A stretch of DNA of 64,000 bases from Paraspadella gotoi. Lineage: Eukaryota > Animalia > Chaetognatha. A program made the position numbers and the translations under genes. This document shows, one piece after another, positions 1 to 12,600 of this stretch; the stretch's first letter is position 1; each line of letters begins with the position of its first letter. The stretch is from NCBI GenBank assembly GCA_051294375.1, contig CM119265.1, positions 16,245,750 through 16,309,749 of the forward strand, written 5' to 3'. The notes beneath the pieces are model-generated. The model saw only the letters and a program-made list of their open reading frames with translations. It did not search any database and was not told the origin of the DNA.

Positions 1-445
1 GTATTCTCCCCCCCCGCCCCCACCAAAGAAGACGAATTGGTTTAATTCTGACGGATCCTTTCTCTCGCTCCCCCTTTTCCGTCCCTTCGCAAATTAAACC
101 CTTTTATCACCCATTAACCCATACAACACTTTTCCACCTTTCTGTCTTCTAACATTCTTTGGCCAGCACTCTTTTAACACTCTCCCTACCCACTTTTCTG
201 TCTCTTTCATTCCTCCAATGTTTTCCCCCTTTCACCTCACAATCATCAACTCCCCCTGGTTCTTTCTTTTTTTTTTCTCTCTCTCTCTCTTCTCATGCTA
301 CGTCTCCCCTTAAAAACTCCTCTTCTCCAACCATCCTCCCGATTCGCCCACTCCCCCCCCCCCTTCTCCCCCTCTCCCTCCCTTTTTCCACCCCGACCCT
401 GACCCGTCTCGACTCCCCCCCCTATTCCACCTCCCGACCACCCAG

Positions 446-1234
446 GCCCCATACTTCCTACCTCCCCCGTGCCTCCATCGTGAACCATCGGCATCTGGAC
501 GCCTCCGGCTTAAGCTCCGGACTGGGGCTCGGCTCCGGGCTGGGCTTGGGCCTGGGTTCCGGCTTGGGCTCGGGCTTGAGTTCTGGCTTGAGCTCCGGCT
601 TGGGATTGAGCTCCGGAATCAATCGAAGTTTTGGGCAGCATCTTAAAGCCACCATCGCCACTGGTCAAAGGTGAGGTTTGACCGCTCTTCAATTTGCTCT
701 TTAGACTCGAGGGAAATTATTAGTTATAGTGCTCTGGTCACTTAACCGTGGAGGTGAGGGTATGATTTGGTCATATGCTTCTTTCATGTATTGTATACCT
801 ATTATTTTACTATATATATTTTATACTTGAAATATAAAACTGTTTGAGCCGTTTAACAGTCAACGTGTTCTTGATATTTCCTTTCAATATTTTAGAAATT
901 TTACAAAATTTTTTAAAACATTTCTATGCAAAATTAAACCATTTACGGTAAAATACATACAAGTCAATATTTATTTTCCACCAACATTTTAACTCGACCC
1001 TACCGCTGTCACTTATATTTATCCTACCCAATTTTACCAAATATGCCCTTCACGATTGACAATATTTGGAGCGCACAAATTGAAAATCTTTTCTATAAGT
1101 ATAACTGTTGTTGGTAGGTTTCACAATCATTTAACCGTAATTTTTTTTTTAAATTCAGGTTCGTGTTGTATTCATCTGGATATTCGTCTCCTTCGCTGTC
1201 ATCTCTGGACACGGAGCGATCGACAGAAGTCTGA
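446..1234 (+). CDS. Last two exons of a gene entering from the left; Gly/Ser/Leu-repeat tail ending in the class I PDZ-ligand-like STEV
   Basis: Exon 446-670 follows a long pyrimidine tract (ccag|, AG|gtgagg) and splices in phase 2 to exon 1159-1234 (ttcag|), giving ...SSGLGLGSGLG...ATGQR-FVLYSSGYSSPSLSSLDTERSTEV*. No family recognised. Confidence 0.5.
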
Positions 1235-1927
1235 ACAACTATTATATTAAGAATCTTTTTGAAATCTAGGTTGATTTCTTAATTTTAATTCCTTTGATTT
1301 CATTTCTGTTGTACCGCTATCAATTTTTTAAACGAAATCATTTTTCCTCCCTGACCCGACGAACCGCCCGTCATTCACATTTTTTTTTTTTCGTTTTCGG
1401 CGCTCAAGATTTTCCCGCCATAAGCTCTTGTTCCTTTGTTTTATTCATATTGCATTTTCGAGACGCCCTCACTCGTCTTTCTTCCTCTTCCTCCTCTTTC
1501 TTCTCTTCCTCGCCCTCGTCCCGCCCTCTGTCGTTGCAGCCTGTTGGGCCAAGCCAACCTAAGCCGGAGATTCCGATGGAAGTCCGCGAGGTTTTAAAGC
1601 CGCGGACGTCGTCCCTCCCGCTTCTTTTTTCTTCTATTTTTTTTTCTCCTCCATCTTTCTTCTCCCTTCCCAATTCTCACTTTACTACATTTTTTTTTTA
1701 TTTCTCATTTTCCATCTCTTTCCTCTTTTTTTCTCTCTCTCTCTCATATCCCGTCTTCTCTATTTTTTCTTCTCTCTCAATTCCATCCTACTACGTCTCA
1801 GTCATTTCTTCTCTTCTTTTCTTTCCTCTCTTTCCCCGTCATCTTATATCCCGGGCGAAGAAATGACGTGGCGACATCGGGTTCTTTTTTTTATTCGGCC
1901 GCCTCTGCCTCTAATGAGGTTCGACTG

Positions 1928-2030
1928 AGAAGAACTCGGTCCAGTCCGCGGTCTCTTTCGCCCTTCTCATCTAAAACTAAGAAGAACTCGGTCCAGTCCG
2001 CGGTCTCTTTCGCCCTTCTCATCTAAAACT
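1928..2030. repeat. Direct tandem duplication, ~52 bp x2
   Basis: agaagaactcggtccagtccgcggtctctttcgcccttctcatctaaaact occurs twice back to back. Confidence 0.9.
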
Positions 2031-3627
2031 CCCTCGCAGCTTTTTCTTTGCTTTTCTCTGCTCTCCTTTAACGTCTCTCCCTAATAAGTCTTTCACAATC
2101 ACTCTTATTGCTTTTTTTTTTTTAAAGCACTTCCCACTTTTGTTTAATTTTGTTTTCCTTCGATAGTTTCAGTTCCGATTTATAAACTTTATGGGTTCTT
2201 ATTTTAATGCACGAACCAAAAAAAAAAAAAAACCAAACAAAAAAACACTGGATGCTGCTTACACCATCTTCAGTGCGTCCTGATTTAGTCCACAATACAG
2301 TCCACTTTTGAGCGACCTCATTCCGCCACCCACTCCACTTTTCACAATTTCTCCCACCCCCTGCTTTCCACGAGTTTCCATCTCAAAGTCAAACCCCAAT
2401 TTTTTGTTTTTTATTTTTCTAATTTCGTTTCCGTCAATTTTTTGCTCTTTTGTCTCGCAAGAGAAACCGACGAATTTCTCGATCGACGCGGCGACGGTCA
2501 TTTTATTATCTCTATTCCTCTCTTATCTTTTTCAAAATGAAACTTCGATCAAAATTCTGGTTTGTCGGAATTTCTTAGTTCGCTCATTTCGTTATAAGAC
2601 CGTCCGCTCGGCGGCGCTCGGGAATTCGTCAAAAGGGCAAATATCAAAAAAAAAAAAAAAAAACCTTCTCTCCGCGCAAAGAATTGTCGGAAATGAAAAG
2701 CGAATTGCTCTCGCCATTAGTTTTTGTTTAATTTTTATATTGTTGTTGTTGTTGTTGATTTTTTAGTCGCTCGTGGGAAACCACAAATCGCCCTTCTTAT
2801 CGGAGCCCGAAATTCTGGGAACCTAAAATGAGGTGTCGCCCGTTTATCGCACTGAAAGCTTAAGTACTATCTGACTGTTAAAAGAGGGGGATCATTAAGT
2901 GGTTCGAATTCGAATATAAAAAAAAACCAGAAGAAACAATAGCAGGTCCCCGTTCAGGCGCTTCTGGCATTGAGTTTCGTCATCAATGCAATTAAGTTAC
3001 ATATTTTGTTCGTTATATAAAACTGGCCGTTGCCATCACGTAATATATAGCGCGATACGGTATTTCAACTGCATTATCGTAATATTTTTACCAAGTTACA
3101 CTTACCGTTATAAGCGAAATCTGTAAATTGTAATGCTTTTAATATTTATAATAATTTTTTTTTTGTAAATTAATTAAAAAATACGATTAGTATATCTGAA
3201 CTCTTGTTCCTTCTTGTTTTATTCGCTGCCGTTTGGGGGGAAGAAAAGGCGCGAAGTGAGATTTAAATGGGTGAAAGAATGAGTGGTTGGTATTATTAGT
3301 AAAAGAAGTCTATTCCAGTGTTAAAAAAAAATTTAAGTAGTGAAAAATAGTAAAGTACATAAGGCGTAAGGACTAGCAGGAGGAGGATGATGAAAAGGGG
3401 CTCAGAAATGGGCGAGGCTGTTACGGTGAGGTGATTCCCGAGACGACAAAATTCAGGGGATTAATTTTCCGTCGAAAAAATGAAAAAAAAAAACTTTTTT
3501 CGTTCTCCTTTACGTGGAAATTAGAGAGAAAAAAAATGTAATTTGAAATTCCTCTCGTGCTTCCGAGCGAAAAACTGAACCAGTAGGTTATCATCTTCTT
3601 GGGGCTCATAAGGTATTCATTAATTCC

Positions 3628-3632
<5 letters not shown>

Positions 3633-3663
<31 letters not shown>

Positions 3664-3685
3664 TCTCTCTCATCTCTCTTCTCTC

Positions 3686-3750
<65 letters not shown>
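3633..3750. repeat. (CT)n microsatellite, representative of many AG/CT tracts (e.g. 30213-30289, 34500-34590, 40130-40596, 41240-41346, 41703-41775, 42230-42310, 44180-44266)
   Basis: Directly visible dinucleotide runs. Confidence 0.95.
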
Positions 3751-3752
<2 letters not shown>

Positions 3753-4918
3753 AGAGACGTCATGGGAGGAGTCCAAGAAAGAAGGCCTTCGATAGTAACG
3801 AGGCGAGGAAAATCCCTCGGTAATCCCGCCCCTCCTTTATATTTTTTTTTTGGGGGTGGGGCTAAAGACCCGCCCTCTGGCCATGAATAAAAACTTACTT
3901 TTTCACACCATTCACCCTCATCGTGAAAGAAATAAGGCACTCGGGAGTGGTTTCATCTCAAGTTAAGGTGGAAGCCTTTTAAATACTTTCAGCGTTCGCC
4001 CCTTTACTTCCCCAAAGCAGTTGCTGTAACCAAGGAGGTTTGTAAATAAATAATGACGCCAGCTCACCCGCAGTGTTTATTATAGAGAAATAACCAAACA
4101 AAAACATTGTTTGTTGCTTTTTTACGATTTTGATGATGTTGCTCCGAACTTATGTATAATTATGTACGCCAGGCGTTAAGCATGATTTACTTAAAAATTG
4201 CTAATAACAAAATAAAAACAACCGTTAAAATTATACGAAATAAAGGCCGAGATTAAAAAAATATCTAATAAAAAAAAAAACCCGAACGTTTTCATTTAAT
4301 CCACTTCACTGATAATCAATCGGACACCAAAAAAATACAGAGAGAATTTATTCAATGTGTTTTGCCTCCAAACATCGCGCACACAAGTAGCTTTTTGTCA
4401 GTTCCTATTTTAATTCTGTCATTTGTCAATGTAATGAAAAAAAGTGAGGTTAATGATAAAAAAAAAAAAAGTATCCAAAGTTTAGTCTTGTGTCCCAAAA
4501 GCGAAATAACGTCGCGTCCAATTTAATTTTATCATTAACATCGATTTCTTTATCTTTTTTTTTTGTTTGCGTCACCTTTTCTTTTACCCGCGAGAGAAGA
4601 CGTGAATTGTTTTCTTGGATATGTTTTTTCAGTGTTATTATTGCTAACTAATTTGTAGTTGGTGTATTTACAAACTCACAAAAACAACTACTAAGTCACG
4701 AGAGAATAAATATAACATTTTGCACCCTTCTCCCGTAATTAACAGAGATATTATTAAATTAGCTAACTAACGGATAAAAAAAAAACTATTATAAAATTAC
4801 AAAAAGAAGGAAGATATAAATTGGTTCCTCGTTTTGTTTAAATTTTCGCCTGTGTTATTTATGAATTTTAAGGCCGCGATAGACTGCGACGAAGATAACG
4901 ATGCGAACTGAAAGACGC

Positions 4919-4955
<37 letters not shown>

Positions 4956-6217
4956 CACGACCATGTATGCTGGAGGCGGCGTAGTTTCCATTGGTTTGGG
5001 AAAATGAAAAAAATTGTCGACGTATCTCTCTGTAATCTCTGTTTCTGCGCCGGAACAAATTAAAGAATAAACATAAAAATGTTATCGACATTTGTATCAG
5101 TTTTTCTTTCACCAAATGGCATAGAGTATTAAATGAAATTCATTTACAAGATATATTTTTTAGATGTTCAGTTTTTAGTGACATTAAACTCGAAGAACCA
5201 TAATTAAATCTATAACAATACTTACAGTTTAGATATACATGAAGTGTGTTCGTTGTTCAATGCAAATAAAAATCGGTTACTGCACCTCTCCCAAAAGTTG
5301 TGAAGGATAAATTTTTACTAGTTCATATACTCGCGATAGCGACAAAAAGTATTTAAAAAGACAAAACAAAAACAAAAACTGTACCTTAAAGGTTTAGATA
5401 TTTCGAAAATAGAAACAAACATATAACAGCAAAAAAACAAAATACAAATATTACACGATAAAAACGAAAAACTATCTCATTGTGGGTTTTTTGTCGGGCA
5501 AATATGAGAATAATCAAAAGAAAAACTATTTCCGAAAAATGGAAATAAATTTAAATTCTCTTCAATATTAGATAATTTTCGATCTTTAGTTGTTTTTTCG
5601 CGTTTTCATTGGGAAAAGGCAGAAACCCAATGTAATTTCCGTCAAAATGAAAATCGTATTATGAAAGGGAAAGGAAATATTTTATTGTTATTTTAAATGT
5701 ATTAAGAATTTTTTTTTTTTAAAAATGATTAGTTTCTCGATAGGAAAGTATTTTATTTTTTTATCCTGCAGCTCATTTTTTTTTAGCCACGCTCTCAATA
5801 AACAAGCATGGGCAAAGACGAGGTAGAAACCAAGAGCTTCATTCTCGACCCCATCAAAATGTAAATGTAAAACGTCGATAGATCAGTCGGTGTTTTTGGA
5901 AAAGATGGCCTAATTAAACTGCTCAGACTTGCGAGTTCTAGTTCGATAAATTTATGACGTAAAGGATATTTTGACATTTTCTCTTGAATCTTGTTGAGAC
6001 TTGAGTCAAAGATGGATGCATCGTATGACAAGACAATTAACGATTGATAGGGGGTAATGGTAGCAATAATTAACTTAAAATAAATAACTAGAGGAGACAC
6101 TTCTTCGACCAATTTTTTTCTTATTTTTAATTTTCATATCTCTTTTGCCCCTGACCGGCCCTTACCCCCCCAAAAGTCTCCGTGGTCCAAAGTTTATGGG
6201 ACGGAGACTGAAAGTGA

Positions 6218-8047
6218 TCACCAAATTGGCAACGCGACGACGATGATAGCGACGAGAAGGACGACGATGACGACCCAAAGTGCCGACGTCGCCGACTTGC
6301 GAACGACGCGCGAAGCGTTTCGCGTTTCCCTGGCAACCGCCTTGTTTGTTTTCGTCGTCGTCTCCGTCACGTCGGCGATGATTTCGTTTTGGAGATTCAC
6401 CTCCTGTGGAGCCGAGTCAGGGCGGACGGCGAATGGGAAGGACAGAAAGTCGGAGGACAGAAACTTGGTCAACTTGTTTGTTGTAAATACGAAAAAAAAA
6501 CAAAACAAAAAAACAAACAAATAAACTAGCCTGGCCTATTGTGACGGCGATGTCCTTTTGTTTCGTCAATATCGATGCCAATCCTTTCAAGCTTTCGTCT
6601 TGTGTATTTATCATACGTTTTTGTGTCGTTTTTAACTCCTCATTGGATTGGCCGGCGTATTCGCTGGAATCGACCAATGAGAACCGATTTTCGACGGATG
6701 AAGATGACCCTTTAAAATAACGTATAAATAAATAAATAAATCGGTCTCTTCAATTTTCTCATAATTTATCCAATTATTAGTTATATCCAATTAAAAAATT
6801 ATTACTTGATTGAAAAGAAAATTACTATTAAAATTGAGTCTTGAGTGAATGTGATTGAATGCTGTTATGATTATATTGCGAGATGGATTGAGGTCTTAAC
6901 TCACCAAAGCCTGTAAGATGTACAACAACTGTACTCTACAGGGTACACTGTTCACTGTAGGTTGTGAACAAAGTCATGGGCAAGACGGGAATTAAGGGAA
7001 AACATAATTTTTATATTGTCTGTTTTCGTTGTACAACTTTATTTCCATATATTTTATTATTTACTTATAGAATCGATGTAAGATGCATTCAGCTTTTTAA
7101 AAGCTAGAAATTGAAAAAAAAAAAAAAAGAAATTAAGAGATGGGGATAGCTTTTTTGAGATATTTTCGTCCTTAATTACTAAGGCCATAAGTTGTTACTA
7201 ATTAGGGTTCAGAGAGATTCGCAAATGATCGAACTATACCTCCCTTGGAGAGAAGCGCCGACCGGGCGTTCCCGCCCCCAAAACCATTCGTCAGAGCTTC
7301 CTCCAGCTGCTTCTGTCTCGTCAGCAGAACATCCATCATCGCCTATGGTCCACGATGATGGTTGCGTATAGAATTTATCCGATTTTACCGATGTCACGAA
7401 GCATTTTAACATTAGTTAAAAGATAATTTTAATTTGTACGTAATTATATTAAAGTGTTATGAGAATCTGACGTCGTTTTCCTTTTCTCTTAAAAATCTTT
7501 GCTTCAGTTCTGCAGTCTGCAGTCCTTCAAAACACGATCTCACCTGTCGGCGGTCGAGCTCTCGGGAAGTTAAATAATACAGCCTGGAGGCTTTCTCAAG
7601 CTCGTTCGACAGTCTGTGGCAGAATTATTACTAAATATAAATTATTTCTGTATATTAGTAATAATAGTTTAAATATAGGATATAATTACATCCTCCTTAA
7701 ATTATTTTAATTTTATTATTAATATTTAATGACGAAATAAGTAGTTTATGATTCTCAAGTAAACAGTGAAGTTATATTCACACCGCCTCAAAAGTAACCA
7801 TTTCTCTCGTCGATTATGTAAGTTTAGTTTTGATTTAAACCACACCTCATTGTCGGCCGTTATGACAGCAACCTACGTCAGACCTGCGAATGTCCGCGGC
7901 GAATCTCTTCAACAGCAAACGGATCTGAGTGGAGGCTTTGGTAAAAGCTGCGGAGTTCCTCGTAGACTTGTCTCGATCGGCGAGTCGCACGGCAATGAGG
8001 CGGCCTGCTGACGAGGCTGCTTCCATGTCACGGAGCCACTCGTCCAT
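6218..8047 (-). CDS. STX8: Syntaxin-8 (Qc-SNARE), 5 exons, 233 aa
   Basis: Exons 8047-7884, 7613-7544, 7342-7240, 6709-6531 and 6403-6218 total 702 nt in frame. Protein: MDEWLRDMEA...LTSRELDRRQ-AMMDVLLTRQKQL...RSALLS...QDESLKGLASILTKQKDIAVTIGQ-EVNLQNEIIADV...RKSATSALWVVIVVLLVAIIVVALPIW*. The SNARE motif and C-terminal TM are colinear with vertebrate STX8 (QDAGLDALSSIISRQK..IGNELDEQNEII..RKSASCGMIMVILLLLVAIVVV, from memory). Confidence 0.92.
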
Positions 8048-8794
8048 CACGGTCGACGAACGACAAACGATTAAAAACGCCGAAGAAAATGAAAAGGATT
8101 TTCTTCGAAAGGATGGGCGAATCTCGAGAAATTATTTATAATTTTATTACAAGAAAAAAAATGTTGTGAATATTTGTCAGTTAAAGCAGAAATTGAACGT
8201 TTTCGGTCCACGGTTTTATCAGTCAAGGAATATTGACAGATATTAAAGAGTATTAAATAGGATGAAAAGGACTGAAGCCTAAAGGTCATCATTAAGATTC
8301 AGATAAGATATTGCAGTGAGAGAGAGAGAGAGATAATAAAAAATCAAACTTCGGATTGATTAAAAAAGTTTAAGTGACCGAGAGGAGAGAGGGTCGATCG
8401 CCTCTCTGCGGGAGTTGTCGGTGAACTTGACGTGATCGCCGGAGGTCTCCTCCGCTCTCCTCCCGTCTTGCAGTTACGGAGGAAGGCTTTCCTCCACGCC
8501 CCTCGAAGTGGGCGCGGCAGCGCACAGCGATCCAAATGGCTTAAATTTCCGGAAAAACCTCCCTTTTTTGGCAAAAAAAACTTTTTCTCGTATGCTGATT
8601 ATCATAGATTATCATAATTTATAACCAAACATATCTTTTATTTTTTTGTACTAGACAATAACATAAAACAAATGTTCGGCCAACTGAATGGCTTAAGTTT
8701 AAAATGATAACTTGAAATGGTAGTTTTTTTTTGCTAAATTCGAGCTGGCGTGGGCCACTGCAGTTTCTGAATTGTATCAATAAGATATTTTTAT

Positions 8795-9553
8795 TTTTAT
8801 CGAGCCTACCGGCGAAGCCGTTTCAGGCTCGATATTGATTCGGGTAAGCTTCTTTGTGATATCATCGTCGTCGTCGTTGTCGTTGTCGGCGTCACGCATT
8901 TTTATATAAAAACTACTACGCTTTTATAGTTTTGGCTGCGACTTACCGTTTTTTTTAAATAAAAATTATTATAAATTACAATAAAGTTTTATAAAAGTGT
9001 GCGATCATAGTAAATTAAAAATTTTGATATGGCTTCTCATCTTGAAATAACTCTGAAATATCCATATTACATTTGGTTTCAAGTATTTTTTGTTTGAATT
9101 TTCACTTCATTATGATTTACTGCAATATGCAAATGAGATTATAGTACTCATTATAATATCCAAATTATTATATAGAAATGCTTTAATCTAATTTACATAT
9201 TACAGTAAGTAATATTGAAAATGAGATTCATTCATTCTCTCTTTCTCTCTCTCTTTCACTCATACACGCATTTGTTTGTTTTATTTATGATGAATGATTC
9301 ATTGCGTCAATGAATGACTATCATCGCATCAATTAATGGCTGTCATCGTATCAATGAATGATTATCATCACATCAATGAATGACTATCATCGTATAAACC
9401 ATTTGGTTATTATCACATCAATCATTTGGTTATCATCACATCGATCATTTGGTTATCATCGCATCAATCATTTGGTTATCATCGCATCAATCCTTTGGGT
9501 TATCATCGCATCAATATTTGGTTATCATTGAAGGGAGGCTCGATCCTATTCTT
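8795..9553. mobile_element. Non-autonomous Helentron/HINE-like element (family B)
   Basis: Terminal hairpin atcgagcct-N17-aggctcgat (8799-8833), an adjacent (GTC)n microsatellite, an internal ~23-bp minisatellite (9300-9530) and a second aggctcgat at 9536-9544 (subterminal inverted repeat), with T-rich flanks. An inverted partial copy lies at ~26860-27010. Confidence 0.55.
9300..9530. repeat. ~23-bp minisatellite (atcatttggttatcatcgcatca)
   Basis: About 10 degenerate units; related units on the opposite strand at ~26860-26960. Confidence 0.85.
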
Positions 9554-9609
9554 TTAAGATATTTTTTTACTCATTTTTCTCAATATCTTACGCCAAAGAG
9601 CTTAAGTCT

Positions 9610-12600
9610 TCACGGCAGGCCGTCCGATTCCTCGAGTTTGCGCCTGCTCAAATAGCGGTCCTTCCCTGGTCTGTGTCCTTTCATCTCCTTGGCGCCGACG
9701 GCCTTTGCTTTATCCTTGTTTCCCTTCTTGTTTTGGTTCGACGGATTCTCTTTTTTCGGTTTTGAAGAGAACTTCCGCTCAAGATTCTCTGACTTTGAGG
9801 AAAAGCTTTTATTTTCGTTGAGGTTGGCGTTGGCGTTGGCGTTTTCGTCTTTCTTGCCCCAGTTCTTTGGTTTGAGGCTCTCGTCAACTGTTATTTTACC
9901 TGGAAGGAGAAAGCTAATCTGTATGATGAAAAAAAGACCCGTTTCACTATTTGATCATGCTTTTTATATTTGATATAAATTCAAGGTTAATTAATTATTA
10001 ATTATTTAATAAGCTGATCAGTTTCCTAATCAGATGCTTACCGCTACCGATCTTGAGCAGATGCAGCAGCGTTTGCTCAAACTTGTTTAATTGAAAATTG
10101 GATCATCCTGTCGGTTATTTCAATTTTAGTAGGATGGTCATTAGAGCGTAGTGAAAGTTACATAAGAAAATTTTAAATGTCAATTATGAACAACATACCA
10201 TCAGTGAACATTAATTTGTAAAAAAAAAATTTTATGTTCTTTAATTTTCGCAGTAGGCTATATTTATATATAGTACTCCCCTTATAAAATCGAAAAATTT
10301 CAAAATAGGCTTTTCTTTATTTTGATTACAGATTTGAAATCCTCGTCAAAAGTTAAAAAAAAAATATAAATCATTTTTAAAAATTCTTTCATTAAGTGGG
10401 TTAAAAATTAAAAAAACTATATTAGACATCGTGAATTTCGTTTCTTTTCATTGTGGTTACGTATTGGAAGACGTTTTTAATGTTTTTCTACGACTTTATT
10501 TGGTTAAAACAAATTTCAGCAAACAATATCGGATCTGCCCACGATCATTATCGGTAATTAATTAATTAATTAATTAATTTATAATTAATTTATTCAAGTT
10601 AATTATTTAATTAATTATGCAATTATGAAATTAATTTGATCCAAAATGTTTGTTTTTGATTGATTAATTAACTGATTAATTAATTATTGATTAATTAATT
10701 GACTAACTGATTAAATTAACTAATTAATTATTTGATTAATAAATACTTCTTGCATTTACATTTAAACTCATTTCCACTCAAACGATTCCATCGAAACTTG
10801 ATTTCCAGTTTAATCACACACTTTTCTACCCAAATACAAATTTTCAAGTGAATCGCCCCATCCACTCATGAGTAATTGGTGTTCAAATAGTGAAATATAT
10901 TTTTTTGTTTTTTCCATTTAAACTCATTTCCACTCGGACGATTCTATCGAAACTTCATATCCAGCTCAATCACACACTTCCCTACCCACACACAAAATTT
11001 CATTCCAATCCATCCATCCAATCACGAGTAATTGGTGTTTTTTGCTAAGGTACATAATTTATCATAATTCGATGTTCTGACATGATATAAGTGAATGCCC
11101 GACAAGATTGAGGGGGCGGACCGACGGACCGACAAAGTGAATTACAGAGTCGGGATCTGCTGAAAGCAGATCCGACTAAAAACGTATATGTTTCGGCTTA
11201 CATACAAGCCTTCTTCAGCGTTAGCAAATTTTTTTGTGAATTTTTGAAATTATTTTGTGCAAAAAAAGAAGAGAGAGAAAGAGAAAGAGAGAAAAATAGA
11301 GAGAGAGGGGAAAGTTTCCAACATAGAGATGAGAAAAGAATAGTGGTCAGATGTTAGGACAGGTTAAGATAAGGACAGATTGAGTTAGATTGTGAAAAGG
11401 AATTAAATGGTGAAAGGAAGAAAGAGAGAGAGAGAGAGAAAGAGAGAAACATTAGAAACAATACATTATGCAATGTACAAGGCGGGCCAAAATTGAACAC
11501 TTTTTATAACTTTTAGTTCTTTTAAAAAATTCCTTTTTTCCTTCTATTACCATCTGAAATGATCTATTCGAGACATAACACTATAGCACTAGCTATTGAT
11601 TCTATTATTTTTTTATTTCTTACATGATATTTTACGTAATCAGAGAAACGTTAAGCGTGTCAAAAAAATAGGGAAAAAAAGAGTAAAACGTTCTGACAAA
11701 TTAAAAAATTTATGGAGGAATCTACTTTAATCGTTAATTGCAAGTTTAATTTTTAAATATTTGAATTATGCCAACTGATATATGACACAATGAAAAATGG
11801 CGTAACGTTACTGTTCCGTGCATAAAAAAAATTCACTGTTCAATATTATTATATTTCTTTTTATTTTTTGAAACGTTATAGTTTCATATGCTGATATCCA
11901 AAATATCAATGCAAAATCTTTTTTTGTTTTTTTGATATGACTGAATAATGGGTGAAAGATAATAAATTTTAAAAAAAAGTTACTTATTCATATTTATTCA
12001 TGAATTGTAATAGAAAAAAAATTTAAAAAACATAATAGTACTAATAGTTAGTGTTATGTCTCAAATAGATGGAAAAAAACCTCATTTAAAAATTCGATCG
12101 GGAAGTGGTAACTAAGGCTTACCAATGGCATTCCTCCACGCCGATTGTTCTCTCAAATAATTTTTTTTATTTAATACATTTGAAAGGGAAAAAAGAAAAT
12201 TTGGAATGCAGGTTGCCAAGAAAGGGTACAGATAATCTGGACTTATTGACATGATAACCATGACTTTTAATATCTTGTGAAATGGGGCAGTAAAGAAATC
12301 TAAAAAATTTTATCATTAAGTCAGTCAATGAACCCTTTCCAATGGACTATACGAAAATATTTTTTCTTAATTAAAATGGATGATAAATAATAAAATTAAA
12401 ATTCCTTGCTATATTTAAAAAAAAAATTATCAATACAAATTAACACAATGATGTTTGCTTTGTCAAATATGTTACCAGCTAATATAATTTTTACAACTTA
12501 TATGATAAACAGCAGTGTCAAGCTTTTAGTTTGCAGTTAAAGATAATGAAAAATGACGATTTTTTTCAACAGATAAGAAGGTAGATGTCCAGACTGTTAT

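Noticed and set aside
5795-6112. 105-aa ORF downstream of STX8
   Set aside because: Non-ATG start and no recognisable motif; probably 3' UTR or intergenic.
7209-7412. Listed 67-aa ORF as an STX8 exon
   Set aside because: Wrong frame; the homologous exon is 7342-7240 (AMMDVLLTRQKQL...).
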